Origin: Pecten maximus
Taxonomy: Eukaryota
Direction of reading: 5' to 3'
Assembly: GCF_902652985.1 (NCBI RefSeq)
Contig: NC_047026.1
Coordinates: forward strand, 9,734,001 to 9,798,000
DNA: 64,000 nt
Position numbers and translations under genes: made by a program. The notes beneath the pieces are model-generated. The model did not search any database, was not told the origin of the DNA, and worked only from the letters and a program-made list of their open reading frames with translations. Numbering within the stretch: position 1 is the stretch's first letter; every line of letters begins with the position of its first letter. Of this stretch, positions 26,842 through 38,255 are shown piece by piece.

Positions 26842-26990
26842 ATATCGTATATTGTAGCTTTCGTAGGAGTCCCTGAGCCAGTGACAGAGGTGTATTGCAA
26901 CCTTCGTACGAGTCCCTGAGCCATTGAGAGAGGTGTATTTTAGCTTTTGTAAGAGTCCCTCAGCTAGTGACAGACGTATAGTGTAGCTAC
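26842..26990. repeat. 43-bp satellite, diverged array 3 (~3.5 units)
   Basis: Decayed copies of the same unit. Confidence 0.9.
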
Positions 26991-28512
26991 CTAGGCCAGA
27001 GATAGTGGTGCATTCTTACTTTCGTGGGAGATATTGATGAAAAAATATTTCTTTACGTTAAGTTCCCATCCGTTTACTCCCATATGATCCACCGGTGTGT
27101 ATTAAATTCTATGCGGATTAATATTTGTTATTTTATGATGATAGGCACATCACTGAAATATATACGGATAATTAGTCTAACTAAATATAACACGTAATGT
27201 GTGGTACAACTGGTGACAGCCGTCAACACCCATGCTCGATCTAGCTCTCGCGGAGTCCTGGCGGCCATTAACTACTCTCCAGAGTAAAACTCGTCAGAAT
27301 TACGCCCGTGATGACGCGATAAGCAGCAGTAATAGTGTTAGGACGTGATGATGTCGAACTGAATCAACATAGCCTGAGGAATCCTGACGTGGTAGGAGGT
27401 CGACTCGACAAAGGTCATCAGCCTTTTCCGGCCCAAAAGATTCGATCACTGTAATCTAATATTGCTAGTTAATTATTTAGTTATCATTCCAACTATCACT
27501 GAGCCAACTCGATCAAATCTCCTAGCATTATGTTACATTTGTAATAACAGCTCACTAACTCCCGCGCCTTGTAAGGCTTGTGTACAGGATATATTGACAG
27601 CGATACTTTATTTACCTAAACTAGTCCATTTATTTTAAGAACGATCCATACCAAACCTTACTCCAAATTGAAACTTGACTGTAATGAATCTAAACAAAGT
27701 GAGGTGAGTTAAATGATACAAAGGTGTCAGACACAATTTGTTTTAGATTACTGAGATTTTTTCCGGCTTCATGCCGTCACCGTATCCTGTCTGTGGCTTA
27801 GTTTACACTCGCAGTGGTAGGGATTGTCCGCATCAGATAGCAAATTTTCTGGGCACGAACATAAAAAATGTCCGTGTATATCACTCCGATAGTTATAGTA
27901 CCACAGGTTCCAGTATACAGACACGTTTTCCAACAATGTCGTAAGCGATTTTCAAAGCTTACGTCATGTCTACGTAACACTTGATTTGACCTGGCTGAAG
28001 CATATAGTTGTAGATTATGAGTTTGAACACGGAAACGACTTCACGGATACCGGACCAGATTAGGCCTGTACATTGGTGAAGGGTAACGTGTCACTACATC
28101 TGGGTATGAGCCGACTCGAGATGTGTGTCTGACGGGAACTATTCCACTTTGAAATTTCATTTCCTCTGATGATACATATATCAAAAAATCTGCACGTGTT
28201 TTCTGAGGCCGTCAAGTAATGATTTTCAAAGATTGTGTTTGTGTTTTTATGATAACTTTCATAAAAACATGTTTTACAAGCAAACAGCCTGATAAACTAC
28301 ATGGCTCTTCTAGTCATGTCGAATTCCCTTGACTATTTTAAATGAAATTTGATTTTGAAGTGAATTAGATTTTGAAAACGTATATTTTTAAACAAGATTA
28401 TATTGTTGATTGTGTGTTTGGCTTTGACAGAATAAAGAAAAGCGTGCGAATAATGCACAATACATATGTACATGGAGCGGTTAATTACTATGTATCGTAC
28501 ATGTATGCAATA

Positions 28513-29439
28513 TAGAAATAGAGGTTACACAACGAGTGGTTGTTGGATATGAATTTATTTCACAAGAGTAAGTAATTTTTTAAAAGTTACAAAAGACACG
28601 AGCTTTAGCGAGTGTTTTTTGCAACTTTTAAAAAATAACTTACGAGTGTGAAATAAATTCCATATCCAACAATTTTGAGTCGTGTGACCTGTTTCTGCCA
28701 CAATGATATCGGCTTGAATCAAAGGGAAACGTGGCCAAGTATAATTTCGCGTATGCAAATAAAGTGTACCAGTGACGTCCGGGACCTGGTGATGTGACGT
28801 CATTAGATTATTGATGACGTCAATAACAATTGCAGCTTGGGTCAAAGTTCACCGTGTTAGCCAATCAAAATGCGTACAGAGTGTATACCACGTGTGGTAT
28901 AAACAGATTGTTAATCAACAGCTGTTAACGATTAACTGATGGTCTGAGAGTTGAATAACACAGGGTATTGTGGTAGAAATAGAGGTTACACAACGAGTGG
29001 TTGTTGGATATGGAATTTATTTCACACGAGTAAGTTATTTTTTTAAAGTTACAAAAGACACGAGCTTTAGCGAGTGTATTTTGCAACTTTTAAAAAATAA
29101 CTTTCGAGTGTGAAATAAATTCCATATCCAACAATTTCGAGTCGTGTGACCTGTTTCTACCACAATAATATCGGCTTGAATCAAAGGGAAACGTGGACAA
29201 GTATTATTTCGCGTATGCAAATAAAGTGTACCAGTGACGTCCGGAACCCGGTGATGTGACGTCATTAGATTATTGATGACGTCAATAACAATTGCAGCTT
29301 GGGTCAAAGTTCACCGTGTAAGCCAATCGAAATGCGTACAGAGTTTATACCACGTGTGGTATAAACAGATTGTTAATCAACAGCTGTAATGATTAACTGA
29401 TGGTCTGAGAGTTGAATAACACAGGGTATTGTGGTAGAA
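28513..29439. mobile_element. Head-to-tail dimer (461-bp period) of a palindrome-headed non-autonomous element
   Basis: TAGAA at 28513, 28974 and 29435; each unit has a ~180-bp palindrome centred on CACGAGCTTTAGCGAGTG and a TTTCT(A/G)CCACAAT / ATTGTGGTAGAA inverted pair. Confidence 0.85.
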
Positions 29440-30890
29440 GATCATTTAATCAAGTAACAGTGGTTTCAATGTTGTTATAGCCAATACCCGTTAGGGATTT
29501 GCCCACCATACATCTTGCTTTCATGTCGACTATAACAACATAAACACCACTCTTCAATGCTTATATTTCCATTGTCTTACAATTTTCGTGAACTTTGAAA
29601 AAAATGAACAACAAAAAATAATAAAAAAGAAATCCAGCCTTTTTAATGTCACATGACAAGCTGGGTGTTATGATGCACTGGTTGTTATAGGCGTATGGTG
29701 GCAACTGCCTCTAAGATTTTGGTCAATAGGAAAATGCGGAGCAAATGTTAATATCAATACGTGGATGTACATGTATGTCAAATCAACGAATACGGCTGAC
29801 ACAAGAAGCCTATCAACTTATTTAGTTATGCTCTCAGAGCTTATTGTTTTCTTCGAGTTTTTGTTTTGATACTGTCAATATGAAAATGCGACCAATGTAC
29901 ATGCAAGTGCGTGAGACTAAAGAACAAAAAGTTATGTCAATGATGCGTGATACAGTGCAACTAAAACGCTCGCCTTTGATATGATACTTTTGGTATAAAG
30001 AAAAGCTTAACCAAGCTTATTCACATGGATACAATTAAATACTTCCTATTGCAGTGGGATGTCACAAGAGCAAACGCGTGCACTGAAATTGTTCATTTTA
30101 ATAAAGAGAAAATTGTTTATGTGATTAGGAGAAAATTATTTATGCAATAACCGAATATTATCTATGCAATGGAGATAATATTGTTCATGTGATAAAAAGA
30201 ATATTGTTAATGCAATAGAGATGATATTGTAAATGTTATAACGATAAGGTTGTTTATACGTGGTAAAGATAATGTTGTTTATGTCGTATAGATAATTCCC
30301 TTTGATGTAATGAAGGATCCTGTGTATGTATTAAAAGAATATTGTTTATAGATTTCTGACTCATCGCAATTTGTTTGCAAGGGTCTTGCTAAACACAGCC
30401 AGTAGTTTTGTCAATCTATATTGTACATGTAAATTTATACAATGATATTATCTTGGATATCAGAGCCCATATAATCTATAGTTCGCAACCTCCCCCTGCA
30501 CACCATCAATGGTCTAATGTTATGACAGTTGCAACAATTTGGTAAAAAGAGTTTTATAAAATGGCGTTGTAGCCAGCAGTGAACCTGGTCCCCGAGGAGG
30601 TATCGGACCATCAATAATTAATGCCTGTCCAGTTCTTCGTGAGCACTGTCCATCGTGAGGATACAACTCTCCCCAATCGTTTGATACAGTGGAAATGAAT
30701 GTCGATAACTGTGGCGCAGTCTGAGGGTATCTAAACTAAATTAACTGTCGCCGTGGTGTGCTGTCCAATCGTCAATTATATCTACGTCTCCGTCCGTCTG
30801 GCTGTCATATCTTATATCGGGATTCGACATCGGGAATATAATTTTGATATTAAGTGCTGTTCACTATAAACATGAATACAATGTTAATAC

Positions 30891-30910
30891 AAGCTTCTTC
30901 TCTTTTTCAG
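30891..30910 (+). promoter_or_regulatory. Putative 3' splice acceptor of a 5'-UTR intron of the GPCR gene
   Basis: Polypyrimidine tract CTTCTTCTCTTTTTCAG about 200 bp upstream of the ATG. Confidence 0.65.
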
Positions 30911-31116
30911 ACCTGTTGAGATCCCGTGTCATGCTGGGCATCATATCGACTGACATATCCTGTGTGGGCGATGATAATGCTGTCTGGAACACCAGCAACG
31001 ACGCTATCAGACAAACATCCCTTTGATTCCTGTCATCAAACAGTTGCCAATAAATCTAGAATAGTGTCTCGAAAAACAACCGATTTTAGTTGTCAGTGAA
31101 AACACACATTCGAATC

Positions 31117-32394
31117 ATGCTGGAACATCAATTAAAATCGATCAATCGATTCATGCACATGTTCAAGAACCGAACAACGGAGTTTGATTTTACCAACACG
31201 ACATCTACACCTTGGGCTCAACGTCACTCTGATGAAGTGTTCGAGAAGCTCATCTTGGCGTTCGCGTATGGCATTCTCATAGTGATATCGTTTTTTGGGA
31301 ACAGTATAGTCTGTTACGTAATCCTACGGAACAGGCGGATGTACACAGTGACAAACTTCTTCATCGCTAACATGGCTATGTCAGACTTACTGCTCACACT
31401 GTTCAACGTTCCTTTCAACATAGCTAAACACCTTCTGGACAACTGGCCGTTCGGCGACGTTCTTTGTCATTTCGTGAATTTTTCACTGATGGTATCAGTT
31501 TATGTTTCGACCTTCACCTTGACCGCCATAGCCCTTGACCGACAGAACGTGCTACTTAAACCTCTCCAGCCGCGCATGACGAAACAGATGGGCCTGGTCG
31601 TGCTAGTGATAATTTGGTTGATTGCGATTTTCTTTTCCTTGCCGTACGGTATTTTCAATAAGGTACAAAGTATAAGTATGATGGTAAAGAGGGTCGACAG
31701 ATGTAGTCCGCACTTCCCAGAACCACAGGAAGTTTTTGCGAAGTATCTGACACTGGTTACAGTTGTATTACAGTATATAATCCCGCTGAGCATTATTGCC
31801 GTGGCATACGGTAGGATCGTGATGCGCCTGTGGAAGCGAGTGCAGCTCGGAGCCGTAACGCGAACGCAACAAATGTCACAGGCGAAAGCGAAACGCAAAA
31901 GTATCAAGCTGCTGGTGACTGTCGTCATTGTGTTCGCGCTGTGCTGGATGCCTTTGAACTTGTACCACATATTGACCCAGTTTCATCCGGATATCCGGAC
32001 ATTTACGTACGACAGTACAGCGTTTTTCGTGTTCCATTGGATCGCCATCAGCAGTACGTGTTACAATCCGTTCGTATATTGCTGGCTTAACGAGAGCTTC
32101 CGAGCGGAAGTCAAATCTTGCTTCAGCTGCTGCAAGAGATCGCGACGTGTACATCCGGGCATTGATGTTGATGGTATGCTCATCCGCCATGATGTATTCC
32201 GGCGATCGAAGACTATAACGAGCATGATTCGATCGAGCACTACTTTCAGTTCTATCCGGATAACTACCAACACCAGTGTTCACAGAGACTCATACCCGTT
32301 TTGTGTCAGAGACCAAACACCACTGGTCAACTCTCAGAAGTTTGTCTCCACTGAATTCTCCAATGTAATGTGTGAAGACAACTTAACTAGTTAG
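31117..32394 (+). CDS. GPR83: Rhodopsin-class (class A) neuropeptide-family GPCR, GPR83-like; intronless CDS, 425 aa from the first in-frame ATG
   Basis: Seven TM segments; GNSIV, TNFFIANMAMSD, WPFG..C, TLTAIALDRQ, CWMPLNLY, HWIAISSTCYNPFVYCWLNESFR (close to the GPR83 TM7); N-terminal NRT and NTT sequons. The symbol denotes similarity, not proven orthology. Confidence 0.9.
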   Translation: MLEHQLKSINRFMHMFKNRTTEFDFTNTTSTPWAQRHSDEVFEKLILAFAYGILIVISFFGNSIVCYVILRNRRMYTVTNFFIANMAMSDLLLTLFNVPFNIAKHLLDNWPFGDVLCHFVNFSLMVSVYVSTFTLTAIALDRQNVLLKPLQPRMTKQMGLVVLVIIWLIAIFFSLPYGIFNKVQSISMMVKRVDRCSPHFPEPQEVFAKYLTLVTVVLQYIIPLSIIAVAYGRIVMRLWKRVQLGAVTRTQQMSQAKAKRKSIKLLVTVVIVFALCWMPLNLYHILTQFHPDIRTFTYDSTAFFVFHWIAISSTCYNPFVYCWLNESFRAEVKSCFSCCKRSRRVHPGIDVDGMLIRHDVFRRSKTITSMIRSSTTFSSIRITTNTSVHRDSYPFCVRDQTPLVNSQKFVSTEFSNVMCEDNLTS

Positions 32395-33211
32395 ACACAA
32401 GAGAGTCGTCGTCAACAACACAATAACAACTTTGTATGACCGGTGATTGTGGTACATTTGGAAAACATCACGTGTGTTTGCAATATAGTCATTTTGAGGA
32501 AACTTGGCCAAATTTTGTCCACGAACAAATGCTGCATATTGTTTACAAATGGACGGTATTATCTGGAGGCTGGATAGAGCTATCAATCGTATGATAGAGA
32601 GGCCGGAAAGTGATGATCCCCGATTTTGGAGGTCCACGTACTTTGAGGCATTTAGTTTAGTTTCACAGCCTGGGTATATGAACGGTCGGACGGACAGCCT
32701 GGGATGGACAGTCGGATGGACAGCCCGGGTATATAAATGGTCGGACAGACAGCTTGTGTATATTGACAGTCTGACGGACGTACACGTTATGTTATTGACA
32801 ACTTCATCAATATTTGATCACGTGATCAATGCTTAAAAAATTATAAAGTATATTTGCTGATTACAATGACAGTTTACCAATACATTTAATGTTGTCTGTC
32901 GCGCACATTGAGGCCCTTCGGTAACGGTTGCTACGTCACAAAAGTCTTAGCTGTGATTTTTTTGGTTAAATCCTGCTAGACTGATTGTTTTTTCGAAAAC
33001 ATTTCTTCACGTTGATAAAAAGTGACACATAATAATACTATATATATAAATATGTGAACCAATTCAATAGCACAGCTGGCTACATTTTTTTTCTGTTGAT
33101 ATTTTCTGATGCTTCACAACCTTCGTTGATATTGTACTGTAAGGGTGATCTATAGTCTCTGTATTATAGTAAGATGTTGTACTGTTAAGGTGAATCACAG
33201 TCACTGTATAA

Positions 33212-34614
33212 TTATACATCATGGGTGTCTGTGCAATAGTCCAGAATATTTGACACGAGGTACTGGTCATCGACATCGATCGACTTCTGGTACCGAGGGT
33301 CAAATATTCTAGTATAGTCAGGAATATTTGACACAAGGTACTGGTGATAGACATCGGTCGACTTCTTGCACCGAGGGTCAAATATTCTGGACTATAGCAC
33401 AGTCACCCATGATGTGCTTGTTTTTTACATAATCACTAGACCACACTTTGAATCACTGAAATATCGACATCCCTGCTGGTCTAGAAGTCGCCATGACTTT
33501 CGTCTGACAAGGTTGACATCTGAGTGACGCTTAAAAGGATAGGACTAAATTCCAAAACACCACTTGTGTTCAATAGTTCGCACGTGACCAAATTCCAAAA
33601 CGTCACATGTATTCAATAGTTCGCACGTGACCGCGCAATAGTCATCTTGGCCATGCAATAGTATAGAGTTGTTTCCTGCCTTATCGGTCAACAGTCAAAA
33701 CTCTTACCCGAGGTGTTGGGACCAACCCATGAACTGTTTCCCGAGGCCGGAGGCCGCAGGCCAATGAGAACAGCTCATGGGGTTGGTCCCAACATGGGAG
33801 GGGAGAGTTTTGACTGTTGACTGATTTGACATGAAACAACCGTTTTGTTACCTGAATCATCCACAAGATTTCACAAATAGGCTATTTTAAAAGGCCGAGG
33901 AACGCATAAAAAATCTTCAGCAAACAGTTAATTCCGGATTTTGTGCATTTTCGAACCCCAAAATTGACGGTCCTTTGGCTCGCAGGACAATGTCAGAATT
34001 CAAACAGACCCTTTTATGATATTTTATGTTGTAGCCAAATCCCTGTTTTCAATTAGATACAACAAATCCTGATTGGAGATTTCTGCGAACCTTTCTGACA
34101 TCGAATCTAGGCGTTGATAGAGATGCTGTTTACAAATCAGGATAAGAAAGACGCTTCATCGTAATCATTTGGGTGTTTGGGCGCGTGCGGATGTTCCTCG
34201 CCAGTTAAGAGTCAAGAATATTAACAGTTCAACAGTCGAAAATATTTAATTTACATTTACACAGATTTTATACGCGTTCCTCAGCCTAATGAAATAGCCT
34301 TAATGCGATTCTTTTGGATTACAAAACAGTTGTTTCATGCCTTATCAGTCAACAGTCAAAACTCTTCCCCGAGGTGTTGGGACCAACCCGATGAACTATT
34401 TTCTTGTGGCCTCTGGAAAAAGTTCATCAGGTTGGTCCCAACACCTCGGGGAAGAGTTTTGACTGTTGACTGATAAGGTACGAAACAACTGCATAATATC
34501 CCTTTTGGGTACAGTTAAGGATAGTCTAACGCATTAAGTAATAAAAAGTAATATTGACCGGTCAGCAGTCGAAAACTCAACATTATTTACATAACCTAGT
34601 GAGTTACGTAACAA
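33212..34614. mobile_element. Palindrome-headed non-autonomous element (palindrome 33215-33415 with a duplicated inner hairpin) hosting a nested element
   Basis: CATCATGGGTG...CACCCATGATG arms; TTACATAATCACTAG (~33425) pairs with CTAGTGAGTTACGTAA (~34596). Confidence 0.65.
33668..34492. mobile_element. Foldback element with a ~170-bp palindrome at each end plus subterminal inverted repeats
   Basis: TCAACAGTCAAAACTCT..GTTGGGACCAACC / GGTTGGTCCCAAC..AGAGTTTTGACTGTTGA at 33668-33840 and 34328-34492; AGGCTATTT..GAGGAACGC is mirrored at ~34270-34300. Confidence 0.85.
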
Positions 34615-34799
34615 TTCAAAATATAGTTTATGCATCAAGTTGAGGAAAATCAAACGCATTGTGTAAAAACGTACGATATTGTACTGTAATGGTGATTTAT
34701 AGTCCATATATTATAATACGATATTATACTGTAAGTGTGATCTATATTTCCTGTAACATAGTGCGATTGGTCGTTCTCAGTTTGGCGGCCTCCCGAGCA

Positions 34800-37410
34800 A
34801 AGAACTACGAAAAGGCCGAGTGAGACCTCCCGGGTCAAAATCGAACATGTCACAGTTATCTCCAAGCTTCAGCAGCTTTACAATCAACTGGAACCACTTA
34901 ATAAGCAATCAGAAAGAAGAACAACCGGATGGTCAGTGCAAATGCAAGAACTGTAATAAAACATTCAAGAAAGCAAACGCCAAACTGTTAGAATGTGAGC
35001 GTTGTCGTAATAAATTAATGAAAGGAAATCAAGGGAAGAGGGCATCGTGATATTGGATTAAGGAGTGTAATTCGATCTCAAAAGAAACCAGAAACACTCT
35101 TGATAAGAAGCAATTATCCAATATTTTAGACAAATGCAACAAAGAAGAAAAGGAAATCTAAAACGTCACGAGACTCGGGAGATACAAAGAAGATATATCA
35201 CAGGAGGAAACAGCCAGGGACAAAACAAAATCAGACCCGTATTGTTGGTATTTAGTGGCATGGACACAAAAATGTCGTTATTCAACATTATCAAAAACAT
35301 GCACGGAGATGATGATCTTAAAGATGTCAAAATCATCAACGATCCGACAAAGGAGGAAAGAGAGTTAGAGAAAAGGCTCTGGCAAGAATCAAGCAAAAAG
35401 AGAGACCAAAATCAATCGGGAAATATACCTACAAAGTCAGGAGCCCCGCTGTGTGCCAGAAAGGTTATAGGAATAAGGATCAAAGAATAGGGAAGAAAAA
35501 AGTGTCATCAAATAAAGGCATGAGTATCACACTAAAATGCATTATTAAGATATTAACTTAAAATGCTTCTACACAAAGGCAGACTAACTTAAAAACACAG
35601 ATTTGGAACTTTCTTTAAGAATAAACGAGATGAAACGGGGATATTTGTAAAAACTGAACTTAAGCAAAAAATATGAACAATGTATACATTTGTAGGAGGC
35701 AACAGAGACTACACAAAATTCGATAAAAACGTTGATAACTATATCGGTAGAGGTAGAGGTAGAGAAATTAAACTACAAACATATTTCCATGAAAATATAT
35801 GTATTAACAACCATGGAAAATCAGAGAGCGGAACAGAAAAAATAATGCCAACTTAAGAAATCTTATAAACGAAGCGTCAAGCAAAGGTTACTCTCAACTT
35901 CTCATCTTGTGAGAATTCAACTACCCTAACATAAACTTGGCAACCTAGAATACCAAAGGTGACAGCACATAAACACAAAAGTACAAGTTTGTACAATATT
36001 TTCAAGATAATTATTGACACACTTACAAGATGTCGAGGAAACGACATGCCACATCTTTTGGACCTCGAAAGCATAATTTCGTCAATAGAATATCGGAGCC
36101 CACTAGGAAAGACCTATCACAGAGACATCTTTATGAACTTAAAATGTCATAAAACGGTAAAATTTTCTTTATGTGTTATAAAAAGGCGAATTGTGAAACA
36201 ATAACAGAAGAATTCATAAAAAATGAATGGAAAAACGATTTAAACGAACAAAACATAATCAATGAAACTTGGCAGTGATTCAAGATGAAAATACAGGACA
36301 ATGTGGATAGGTTTGTACCAACCAAGTCAAATTAAACTGAAAAAATAACAAACACCGTTTCCCGTGGACCAAAATACGTCAGAAAAAAACAAAGTTGAAA
36401 GGCCGCCTTTCAAAACAAGTGATGTCTACATCGGACCCTGATGTAAAAAGAAGATACAACAAAGTGAAAACCAGGTCAAAACGATGACGTGGAAATTACG
36501 CAATGATTATGAAAAGTCATTAGCAGAAAAAAAGCAAAAATGGATCCAAACATGATATGAAAATATATTAACTCAAAATCAAAGACAAATATGGTTATCG
36601 GAGATCTATACGAACATCCAGACGTGACTAAGTCGAGGGAAGTAGCTGTGTACAAACAAAAAGCATATATCCTCGCTGACTTCTTCCAAAGCTTATTGTT
36701 GAAGAAGAGGACGTAGAGACCCCTACTCTTCCATAGAGAGTTAATTAGGCTAACTACATTTTCGGACTTTTAAGAAGAACATTTAGTTTCCTGTATAGTA
36801 ATAATTTCCTTTTACGTTACAAATGTTTGGTACGATCACAGCTGAATTACGCTAGTTCGGTTTGAGCTCCAAAGAAGGCAAAGGATATTGATAGATTAGA
36901 CCGTACAACGAAGATCAACCAACTGTTCACGAGGAATGAGCGACCTATCATATACAGAAAGGCATGGGAAATTAAAACTTTCAACAATATCGCACGGATG
37001 GGTTAGAGGAGATATGATCGAACTCTACAAAATGTTAAGCGGCATTTATGACAAAGAATCCTGTGGTTTCATAAAATTATGGAAAGACGTGGTAAAACGG
37101 TACAGCGGTCGAGGAAACTCGAAGATGTTATTTCCGCAACAATCTAGGACAGCGTTGAGAAGCAAAACCTTCGCCGTTAAAAACTGTAACAATATGGAAC
37201 AGTCTTCCAGATGATGTTGTTACTACTAAGAATACCAACACTTTCAAAAATAGATTAGATGAAATATGGAAAAATCAATATAAATTTATATAAATTCTAT
37301 ATAATGATAAGACAACCATAACTAAAATGAACTTTAATTTCAAGTTACTAAATACTAATTGAGTCAAATTGTAGAGGAACTGATTCGCTTCCTGTACTTG
37401 GAAATAACTA
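34800..37410 (+). mobile_element. Old, multiply deleted CR1 LINE relic (ORF1 PHD-like start, ORF2 fragments)
   Basis: CKNCNKTF..LLECERC; IINDPTKEERELEK; DMPHLLDL..YRSPLGK; LSYTERHGKLKL...RGDMIELYKMLSGIYD (CR1 ORF2 C-terminus). Confidence 0.8.
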
Positions 37411-37424
37411 TATTAAGATTGTAA

Positions 37425-37620
37425 CTAAACCTCGTTTACGGAGAGTATTAGATTGGGCTATCCGTCCGTGCGTCCAACCCAGTTTCTGAACAATAACTCC
37501 AAAACTGTTTAGGATAACTTCACGAAACCTGGCATACGTATTGCGCAAGTGGTCTAGTTTGTTTTTTGTTCCTATTATTATTTTCGTATAAACCAAATTT
37601 TGACCCCATGTAGGTAAACT
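37425..37620 (+). mobile_element. Helentron/DINE-like non-autonomous fragment
   Basis: CCGTCCGTGCGTCC microsatellite followed by TTTCTGAACAATAACTC..TTCACGAAACCTGG and TTTTGACCCC motifs. Confidence 0.4.
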
Positions 37621-38061
37621 CTGATCTTGTACGAGAAGACGATAGGTTTGAGTACAATTTAATTCATTTATTTGTTTGGCCTTTCTACCAATGAGATTTT
37701 ACACCTTACATAAGACATCTATATCAGTAATACAACATTGTGTAGAGTGATACACACTTTGGTATCAAAATATTGCATGGCTTACATGCAGTAAAATTAA
37801 CGAATGTGAAATTAGTGTATGAAAATTCAGGACGATTGGACAATTTATGAAGCCGGTAGAGCGAGGGAGTCGAAATATATTCATAGTAAGAATGACCTCA
37901 TTTTTGACCCCATGTGGTTGAAATGCAAACTCATACAATAAATAATAGTTGTCAGTAAGAGTATGAAGTTTCAAGCAGAATGGACCAATAATGAGGTCGG
38001 TAGAGTGAAGATATACATACTTATGTACGAGCCTATCTCTGTATCCTTGTCTCGAATGGAT

Positions 38062-38255
38062 AATAACGCGAAACTAGCATGTCATAACACGAAACTTACA
38101 TGTCATAACACGAAACTTACATGCCATAACACGAAACTTACATGCCATAACACGAAACTAACATCTCAATCGCGAAAATAGTATGTCGCGAACTAACATT
38201 TCTTAATTTCGAAAATAACATCTCAATCGCGAAATTAGCATGTGATAGCGCGAAA
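38062..38255. repeat. 21-bp tandem repeat TAACACGAAACTTACATG(T/C)CA, decaying
   Basis: Directly visible. Confidence 0.88.

Noticed and set aside
31500-32283. Antisense and alternate-frame ORFs over the GPCR
   Set aside because: Shadows of the GC-richer coding sequence
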